IMG/VR virus record: IMGVR_UViG_3300035521_000126
Coordinates: 52,105 to 72,104 of that record
Source of the DNA: an uncultured virus (IMG/VR IMGVR_UViG_3300035521_000126)
Taxonomy: Duplodnaviria > Heunggongvirae > Uroviricota > Caudoviricetes
Reading direction: 5' to 3' (one strand)
DNA length: 20,000 nucleotides
Below the pieces are notes generated by a model. The model searched no databases. It was not told the origin of the DNA and saw nothing but the letters and a program-made list of their open reading frames with translations. The position numbers and the translations under genes were made by a program. Below, one piece after another: positions 10,007-16,047 of this stretch; position 1 is the stretch's first letter, and the number at the start of each line of letters is the position of its first letter.

Positions 10007-10030
10007 AAAAAATAATGCCGTCTTTCCGGC
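10007..10030 (-). terminator. Probable terminator hairpin after the ncRNA operon and 71-aa ORF
   Basis: GCCG-GAAAGA-CGGC followed by ATTATTTTTT. The stem is short. Confidence 0.5.
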
Positions 10031-10101
10031 TGTCAACACATCTTTTTAGAAGTGTTTTGTAAATTAACAATTATACATGAATATAACTGTAATTAGCTAA
10101 A

Positions 10102-10317
10102 TCAAAAAACTTTGTCGATTGTCTTACCCTCATTGTTTAACAGGTAAGCCTTATCATGGATTGCGAGTACAATGCCCTTATCTTCCCTCATATCAACACA
10201 GATACACTCGGAATCCTTATCATAGTAGGTGGAACAATTATTCAGGCCGTCAATATAATTCCAACGGTCAAACGATTCACCATTCTTTTCAACTCTTGTC
10301 AAATACTTTAAAATCAT
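10102..10317 (-). CDS. Small hypothetical phage protein
   Basis: 71-aa ORF with a purine-rich RBS (AGAGAGGG) directly downstream of the tRNA. Confidence 0.7.
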   Translation of the reverse strand: MILKYLTRVEKNGESFDRWNYIDGLNNCSTYYDKDSECICVDMREDKGIVLAIHDKAYLLNNEGKTIDKVF

Positions 10318-10371
10318 TTTGCCCTCTCTCTTTCTATTAGAATTTGATTTAATGACTACATTTTGTAGTCA

Positions 10372-10458
10372 TGGTACGGCAGCTCGGAATCGAACCGAGA
10401 AAGGTGTAAACCATGACAGTTTAGAAGACTGTTCCTGTGTCCATTGAGGCACTACCGC
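10372..10458 (-). tRNA. tRNA with anticodon TCT (Arg) and an atypical long variable arm
   Basis: Acceptor GCGGTAG/CTGCCGT + A + CCA, D stem CCT/AGG, anticodon arm ACAGT-CTTCTAA-ACTGT, 16-nt variable region with a GGT/ACC stem, T arm CTCGG-TTCGATT-CCGAG. Confidence 0.85.
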
Positions 10459-10548
10459 ATATAAAAGTGGACGAAACCTTTTAACTCGTCCATTAATAAT
10501 AGTTTTAGAGGATGCACACCCAACATAATCTATTAGAATGTACACAAT

Positions 10549-10665
10549 TGGCACTTGGGGTTGGATTTGAACCAACAGTCTACGCCTTGATAATGGAAGA
10601 CTTTCTTGCTGTTACCGCCTAATAGACAGCATTTTCGTCGCTTTAACCAATTAAGCTACCCAAGT
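10549..10665 (-). ncRNA. 117-nt tRNA mimic whose anticodon arm is replaced by a structured insert (Y-RNA/YrlA-like candidate)
   Basis: Perfect acceptor ACTTGGG/CCCAAGT + G + CCA, canonical D arm TAGCTTAATTGGTTAAAGC and T arm GTTGG-TTCAAAT-CCAAC. The anticodon stem is reduced to ACG/CGT and encloses AAAA-TGCTGTCT-ATT-AGGCGGTA-ACAGCAA-GAAAGTCTTCCATTATCAAGG. Confidence 0.85.
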
Positions 10666-10674
10666 ATAATATTT

Positions 10675-10730
10675 AGACGCTATTTTCGTTTGAAACCAAA
10701 AACAAACCAAAATAATTGCTGTAAGCGTCT
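10675..10730 (-). ncRNA. Stand-alone stem-ACAGCAA RNA element
   Basis: AGACGCT-T-ACAGCAA-(U-rich region with GTTTG/CAAAC hairpin)-GAAAAT-AGCGTCT. The termini form a perfect 7-bp stem. Confidence 0.65.
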
Positions 10731-10932
10731 GTTTAAGATTCATAATGGTTTAATTTTAAATAACAATCCACGTTTTATGTAATAACATGGGGAAGAGAGC
10801 AACTACTTTGCAATCTTCTATGTAAAAAAGACTAAATTCAATTATTATAAATACACTATTAAATTTGCCTCACCACCCAAAAGACATCATTTATTAGTAA
10901 TTATATAATGTTTGAATCGTCTTTCTATCTAT

Positions 10933-10961
10933 ATTATAGCACAAAATTTTAATTTTGTCAA
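10933..10961 (-). promoter_or_regulatory. sigma70/sigmaA consensus promoter for the ncRNA/tRNA operon
   Basis: TTGACA-AAATTAAAATTTTGTGC-TATAAT (17-nt spacer, TG extension), with AT-rich upstream DNA. Confidence 0.9.
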
Positions 10962-10990
10962 GTGTTTTTTTAAAAAATTCTAAAAAATTT

Positions 10991-11461
10991 TTAATCTTCC
11001 TGATGCCGAGGTTTTAAAACCATGATTTTATGAGTTTCAAAATACCTGTTAAACTCGTCTCCATTACATAAAGTCATGACCTCAGATAGCTTATCCTTCG
11101 TCGCTTTAAAAGCCTCTTCAGGTGTAAAAAATTCACTAACTGCATTTTCATTTTCATCTATATTACGAAGCATGAAATAAACAGGAGAACATTCCTCATT
11201 AAAATCACCGGTAATAGCACAAAACCAATTATTGCTTTCTTTCAAACGTTTAATTGAATATTCCAAATAACCGTCTTTATTAAAAATTGTTTCTTTTAAA
11301 ATTCTAAGAAACAATTTCAGAAGATTACTTGTCTTATCCTCAATTTCGCCATAATAACCCGGCCATAACGGTTGAAAATAAAAATTTCCAACTTCATCCA
11401 TAAGAACATCTACTTCAAGGTCTTCGTAACCGTCATAGCATAAATTTCCGATAATTTGCAC
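10991..11461 (-). CDS. Hypothetical protein
   Basis: 156-aa ORF with GTG start and RBS GAGGT. No motif recognised. Confidence 0.75.
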   Translation of the reverse strand: MQIIGNLCYDGYEDLEVDVLMDEVGNFYFQPLWPGYYGEIEDKTSNLLKLFLRILKETIFNKDGYLEYSIKRLKESNNWFCAITGDFNEECSPVYFMLRNIDENENAVSEFFTPEEAFKATKDKLSEVMTLCNGDEFNRYFETHKIMVLKPRHQED

Positions 11462-11496
11462 TATTAATTACCTCAAATCAAATAATCCAACTCGAT

Positions 11497-12612
11497 TTAT
11501 TCATAAATCATAAAGTCTTTCCCATAAATTGAATTGCACATATCAAATACGCGCCCCATACCCAAACCAGATTCACTAGGCATCCAAATTTGTTTTGGAT
11601 TCCAAATATCTTTATTGGTATTTAAAGAATCATATTGTGGGTTGTCTACCCATTGACCTCCATTAATACAATAATCATATTGTTTTGGGTGCGTCCAAGC
11701 CAATCTCTGAAAACGTGTTTCGCCCTTTTCAAGATGTAAACCATAAGCACAAAAAATACATCCTGTTCTAGTACAACCAGTGCATAAAAATTTTCCAGAT
11801 TTTTCGTCTTTTATGATTTCACCATAAACAGAACAAATTTGAAGCCCATATTTTACAATATATTCAAATATATCCTGTTCTGTCCAAAACGACAAAGGAT
11901 TACTGACTGGTTCTTTCATATAGAAACCGTTACAGCCATTTTTCAACCATTGCTGTCTTCTAAGCCATCCTTCTTCTGCCATTTGTCCAGTAATAGGAAA
12001 AACTTGTTGTTTGTGGGCATAATGTTTTACAGGACGTTTTTTCATAACCTTACAGCACTCGGAAGAAATATTAAATGGTAAATCATAAAGTGGTCTATAT
12101 TTTTGTATATTAAATACGCTATCAATTTCGCCATCATTTAAACGTCTCATAGACACAGAATAATTTCCATGAGACATACTAACACGAGCATCTTTAATAG
12201 CTCCCGACACCTCTTTTGAAATAATCGGATAGCCATAAATAGAAACAACATCTTTAAATGATAAATTATCTATATTAGAATGACCGTTTCGCTTTCCGGC
12301 ATTTCCCCACTTTGGGTTTAATACAATTACTCCATCAAAAGACTGTGCAAATTTTTGAATTTCTGGATATTCCAGTCCAGTATTTACAAAAACCACTGGG
12401 ATATTTTTATCTGGCAATGTTCGGCGTACAATATCAAGAAGAACTGTACTATCTTTGCCACCACTAAAACTTACATATATTCTTCCTTTAAAATGATTAT
12501 ACCACTCTAAGATACGCGTCTGACTAATTTGAACTTTGCGCTCCAATGGTAGCGCTTGTAATTCTTTAAGACGAGTGGAATCATGAATACTTGTGTCTCT
12601 ATAGTCGCTCAT
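11497..12612 (-). CDS. PAPS-reductase/DndC-family PP-loop protein with Fe-S cysteines
   Basis: YVSFSGGKDSTVL, NTGLEYPE, ECCKVMKKRP, PLSFWTEQDI and RTGCIFC. Confidence 0.88.
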   Translation of the reverse strand: MSDYRDTSIHDSTRLKELQALPLERKVQISQTRILEWYNHFKGRIYVSFSGGKDSTVLLDIVRRTLPDKNIPVVFVNTGLEYPEIQKFAQSFDGVIVLNPKWGNAGKRNGHSNIDNLSFKDVVSIYGYPIISKEVSGAIKDARVSMSHGNYSVSMRRLNDGEIDSVFNIQKYRPLYDLPFNISSECCKVMKKRPVKHYAHKQQVFPITGQMAEEGWLRRQQWLKNGCNGFYMKEPVSNPLSFWTEQDIFEYIVKYGLQICSVYGEIIKDEKSGKFLCTGCTRTGCIFCAYGLHLEKGETRFQRLAWTHPKQYDYCINGGQWVDNPQYDSLNTNKDIWNPKQIWMPSESGLGMGRVFDMCNSIYGKDFMIYE

Positions 12613-12624
12613 ATAAACCTCAAA

Positions 12625-13044
12625 TTAAAGAAGCTTAATTACTTCAGACACAGGCTTTATCTTCCAATTCTTTGTCTTTTCTGCCCTATTGATAATTTTA
12701 ATAATATCCCTAGAAGTGGAGGAAACTGAGCGGTCATTCAGATATTTTTCACGATACGCATTCAGTGTTTCGGAATCAGAACAAGTATTTTCCACCAAAT
12801 TTTGTTCTACATTCAACATCTCCCACATTGTATGTGTGGCGACCGTGTTGTTTCGACAACGGCAAGTTACAACGCTAAAAGGAATATCCCAGTCAGGACA
12901 AGCATAAGCGCACATATCTCCGTCATAAAAATTCTCGACCTTCATCTTCCGTTCATCCGTAACTCTGCCATCACGTTCATCAATAAACGTAAAATAAAGA
13001 TGCTTCTTATCATCCGATGTGTCCCATACAAAAATTCTTTCCAT
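12625..13044 (-). CDS. Hypothetical protein
   Basis: 139-aa ORF with RBS AAGGAG, first gene after a consensus promoter. Confidence 0.8.
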   Translation of the reverse strand: MERIFVWDTSDDKKHLYFTFIDERDGRVTDERKMKVENFYDGDMCAYACPDWDIPFSVVTCRCRNNTVATHTMWEMLNVEQNLVENTCSDSETLNAYREKYLNDRSVSSTSRDIIKIINRAEKTKNWKIKPVSEVIKLL

Positions 13045-13107
13045 AGTTGTCTTTCTCCTTTGTTATATTTAAATACACAGGGGAGTTGCCTCCCCTTATG
13101 TACCTAT

Positions 13108-13136
13108 ATTATACCACATTCTTTAGGATTTGTCAA
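13108..13136 (-). promoter_or_regulatory. sigma70/sigmaA consensus promoter, followed by a leader hairpin at 13080-13095
   Basis: TTGACA-AATCCTAAAGAATGTGG-TATAAT. Downstream is GGGGAG-GCAA-CTCCCC. Confidence 0.9.
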
Positions 13137-13293
13137 GTGATTTCATCAGGTTTTCACTCTTTTTCTTGAAGAATTGACAGTAATTATCTGGCGCAGTATA
13201 ATCTGCGCACCACTCACTTTCTCCGCAGAAACAAACCCAGTTAAAATCTTCGTGCCATTCACAATTGCCACAGCACTCAGTCTTTTTAGTCAT
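13123..13293 (-). CDS. 56-aa Cys-rich putative metal-binding protein (below the ORF-track cutoff)
   Basis: RBS AAGGAG overlaps the upstream stop. Translation is MTKKTECCGNCEWHEDFNWVCFCGESEWCADYTAPDNYCQFFKKKSENLMKSLDKS*. Confidence 0.75.
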   Translation of the reverse strand: MTKKTECCGNCEWHEDFNWVCFCGESEWCADYTAPDNYCQFFKKKSENLMKSLDKS

Positions 13294-13302
13294 TCAAACT
13301 CC

Positions 13303-14760
13303 TTATGCCGTAATCATTGCATAACGCTCGTCACTCAGAGCCTTAATCATCGCCTCATAGCTATCATATCCGATAGATTCAAGAACATTCTTGAAAATCG
13401 CAGTAGACATACCAGAGAACTGACGAACTCCTTCTTGCTTTGCTCTTGCCTGAAAATTACCATAGCTATTTACGTTCCAGAACACAACTTCCGGCAAAGT
13501 ATAGCCATAAGTATTATACTTCTGCTTAATCTGGTCGTAGAACGTTAAACATCCCTTACGGAAACCAGTAACGCAATAATCCATCTGCATATCAGTAATA
13601 ACTACGATAGTCTTAGGCAAGTCCTCACTAGCTATGTTATTTTTGATTGCAGTCTTCAACACAAGCTCAAATGCCGCCTCAAGATTTGTATTATTACCCC
13701 AAGGAGCGCTTCTGACCTTATTAATCTTACTCCGCAGAGTACCTTCACGAAGTTCAATGAACTTAGGCCGCTCAGAGAAAGTCATAAACAGGTTGTGCCA
13801 ATCTCCCTTATTGCGCTCGGCAAAATAAATTGCCAAACCAATAGCAGCGTCCATAGGACGGCCATACATAGAACCAGAAGTATCTGCCATTACAAGAATA
13901 TTATTCTCGCCCTCGACATAGTTAGGCAGAGCTTTCCACTGCGCCTCTAAAACATCATCTTCCGCATAACTATTCTCGTATCTTTCAATGATGTCATAAG
14001 GGAACAACGTGGAAGCATTAATCTTCTTAGCGCCAGACTTCACAGCCTCCATGTACTTAGAAAAACCGATGTTGTCATGCTTAGAAAATGCCTTGGCGTA
14101 ATTCTTCATTGCATAAGAGGGAACAGCTTCGTAATTAATCTTAGACCACTCACGACCAGACATTTTAACTTCCGTAACATCAATGTACTTACGGAGTTTT
14201 GCAATAGTCTTCTGATAGGTGCGTGCGTCCATTCCCAGCTTCTTTGCGGTCAAATAACCAAGACGTACAGACTCCTTGGAACTGGTATTGACAGACTTGA
14301 CCCACTTAGCAGCCAGAGAAACAGACTTGCCAGCATTCATAGCCGCAATATCCTCAGAAATCTGCTCAACCAAAATCTGCCACATATCATTTTCAACGGG
14401 CGTTCCGATGAAAACATACATATCATCCCAACGACCGAAGAAAGGAACGTACTTCAAGTTCTTACGCATGACATCGGTATGGTTCGTAGCCAGCCAATGC
14501 CACATCTGACGAGCAGTCTCACGCTCACCCTGACCACCACGAGCATCACGACAATAGAACGTAATCTTCGTCGTTAAATCAGGACTTTCGTTAAAGGCCG
14601 CATAAAGCAAACTGGTCAAATCACTACGGTTCTCACGCATAGCGCCACACTGGGCAAACAAGTCAAGAACCGAACTACCAGTGGTATTAATAGCCAAAGC
14701 ACCATTAGTCGTAAGAGTACGAGAAGCTTCAGTACGTGCAGCATCAGTAAAAACACTCAT
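13303..14760 (-). CDS. DUF2828-type protein with a helical N-terminal region and a C-terminal vWA domain (TROVE/Ro60-like architecture)
   Basis: N-terminal TTNGA...TTG...LDLF, RDARGGQGER, FGRWDD, SLAAKW, INYEAVPS and INASTLFPYDI. vWA MIDAS residues: ADTSGSM, NTNL, ITDMQMD, and VFWNV. Family recognised from memory of these motifs. Confidence 0.8.
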   Translation of the reverse strand: MSVFTDAARTEASRTLTTNGALAINTTGSSVLDLFAQCGAMRENRSDLTSLLYAAFNESPDLTTKITFYCRDARGGQGERETARQMWHWLATNHTDVMRKNLKYVPFFGRWDDMYVFIGTPVENDMWQILVEQISEDIAAMNAGKSVSLAAKWVKSVNTSSKESVRLGYLTAKKLGMDARTYQKTIAKLRKYIDVTEVKMSGREWSKINYEAVPSYAMKNYAKAFSKHDNIGFSKYMEAVKSGAKKINASTLFPYDIIERYENSYAEDDVLEAQWKALPNYVEGENNILVMADTSGSMYGRPMDAAIGLAIYFAERNKGDWHNLFMTFSERPKFIELREGTLRSKINKVRSAPWGNNTNLEAAFELVLKTAIKNNIASEDLPKTIVVITDMQMDYCVTGFRKGCLTFYDQIKQKYNTYGYTLPEVVFWNVNSYGNFQARAKQEGVRQFSGMSTAIFKNVLESIGYDSYEAMIKALSDERYAMITA

Positions 14761-14763
14761 ATT

Positions 14764-14803
14764 AGATACTCCTTTAAATTCATTTTGTAGCTGTTTTGTA
14801 TCT
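14764..14803 (-). promoter_or_regulatory. 5'-UTR stem-ACAGCTA element overlapping the RBS of the DUF2828 gene
   Basis: AGATAC-AAA-ACAGCTA-CAAAATGAATTTAAAGGA-GTATCT-AAT-ATG. AGATAC pairs with GTATCT, and the Shine-Dalgarno AAGGAG runs into the 3' strand. Confidence 0.6.
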
Positions 14804-14816
14804 TCCGAACATCTAT

Positions 14817-14845
14817 ATTATAGCATATTTTTATTCTCTTGTCAA
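14817..14845 (-). promoter_or_regulatory. sigma70/sigmaA consensus promoter for the DUF2828 gene
   Basis: TTGACA-AGAGAATAAAAATATGC-TATAAT (17-nt spacer, TG extension). Confidence 0.9.
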
Positions 14846-14851
14846 GTGTTT

Positions 14852-16030
14852 TCAAGAATTTTCTTTTAGAATTTTTACAGTATCCACTAAAGCACCTATC
14901 AACGTGGAAATATTTTCAGTGGTAGTATTTTCATCGAAAGAAATTCTAATAGAAGAAGTGGGTATACTTATATCTTTCAAGGAATCATTTGACATTACAA
15001 TATTTGACAAAACATGACTTGCGCTCCCAGCTTCACAAGCAGAACCAGTGGAAACCTTTATGTCGTAAAGTTCATCCAAAGCAAGCATTAAAGATTCTGC
15101 ATGAACTCCATGAAACGCAATGTTAATAATACTACTAACACAATCATGTGAGGGAGAATTTACTCGGAAAGCATCTTTCCCAAGTCCATCTTCCAACCCT
15201 CTAATAATTGCTTTTTTAAAGTCATTATATTTAACGTCTATTTCATCAAAATTTACACAACGTAAATCATTAACGGCAGCGTTAAGGCCAGCAATACCAA
15301 GAATATTCTCTGTGCCACCACGTATTCCATCTTCTTGCTTGCCACCATAAATAAGAGTTGGTAGATGATAATATCTTTCATACTTCATTCCATCAGAAAT
15401 CCAGACAACACCAATTCCTTTAGGGGCATGAAATTTATGACCTGAAAATGTAGCAATATCAACTCCTAATTCCTGCATATTAATTTTCATATGAGGAAGA
15501 GCTTGGGTAATATCCGTATGGAAAATATACCCATGTGCATGAGCCATACTTGCCAACTTTTTAATGTCCTGAATCGTACCAATCTCATTATTTGCCATTA
15601 TGATTGATACCATTTTAACATACCATTCACTATCTTCTCCCCAGCTAAGAAATTGGTCGTACATATCAGGGTCTATAAAACCATATTCGTCTGTCTGTAA
15701 AATATTATAATTATAATCAAAATCTCTCTTATTTCCGTCAACACTCATAATAGAACTATGTTCGATTCCGCTTATAATTATTTTATCAACACTCTTATTG
15801 ATAACCCAAGTATTTGCTTCACTACCACTTGAGGTGAAATAAATTTTTCCGCCTCCACCATTCAACAGCAAATCAATATTTGTTTTAGTATCTTCAATAT
15901 ATTGCTTTACTTCCAGACCTTCTTTATATAAATTGCTAGGATTACAATTCAAACAATCCATAGCACGGTCAATTTCTTTTTTTACATTAGGACTTATAAA
16001 AGTCGTAGATGCTGAATCTAAATAAATCAA
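14852..16030 (-). CDS. iscS: Cysteine desulfurase (IscS/NifS family, PLP-dependent)
   Basis: IYLDSASTT, NPS, FTSSGSEAN, ANNEIGTIQ, HTD, SGHKFHAPKG (PLP lysine), RGGTEN and VSTGSAC (catalytic Cys). TTG start. Confidence 0.92.
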   Translation of the reverse strand: MIYLDSASTTFISPNVKKEIDRAMDCLNCNPSNLYKEGLEVKQYIEDTKTNIDLLLNGGGGKIYFTSSGSEANTWVINKSVDKIIISGIEHSSIMSVDGNKRDFDYNYNILQTDEYGFIDPDMYDQFLSWGEDSEWYVKMVSIIMANNEIGTIQDIKKLASMAHAHGYIFHTDITQALPHMKINMQELGVDIATFSGHKFHAPKGIGVVWISDGMKYERYYHLPTLIYGGKQEDGIRGGTENILGIAGLNAAVNDLRCVNFDEIDVKYNDFKKAIIRGLEDGLGKDAFRVNSPSHDCVSSIINIAFHGVHAESLMLALDELYDIKVSTGSACEAGSASHVLSNIVMSNDSLKDISIPTSSIRISFDENTTTENISTLIGALVDTVKILKENS

Positions 16031-16047
16031 AATTAACCACCAACCTA

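Noticed and set aside
10359..10368. 10-mer CTACAAAATG shared with the DUF2828 leader (14781-14790)
   Set aside because: It is a short AT-rich match in different structural contexts and cannot be distinguished from chance.
10372..10458. Amber suppressor tRNA (CTA) and stop-codon recoding
   Set aside because: The stem ACAGT/ACTGT fixes the loop as CT-TCT-AA, and a CTA-centred register does not pair. Genes are full length under the standard code.
10459..10548. tRNA-associated HDV-like (theta) ribozyme
   Set aside because: I could find only two simple hairpins and could not build the nested double pseudoknot by eye.
10369..10575. 68-aa minus-strand ORF from the track
   Set aside because: It overlaps the tRNA and the tRNA mimic and has no RBS.
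10549..10665. tRNA with a group I intron, or tmRNA
   Set aside because: The insert is only about 50 nt, far too short for either. There is no tag ORF or G3:U70 pair, and no obvious excision restores a 5-bp anticodon stem.
11945..11962. Additional ACAGCAA copy
   Set aside because: It lies inside the PAPS-reductase CDS (RRQQW codons) without a flanking stem, so it is probably chance.
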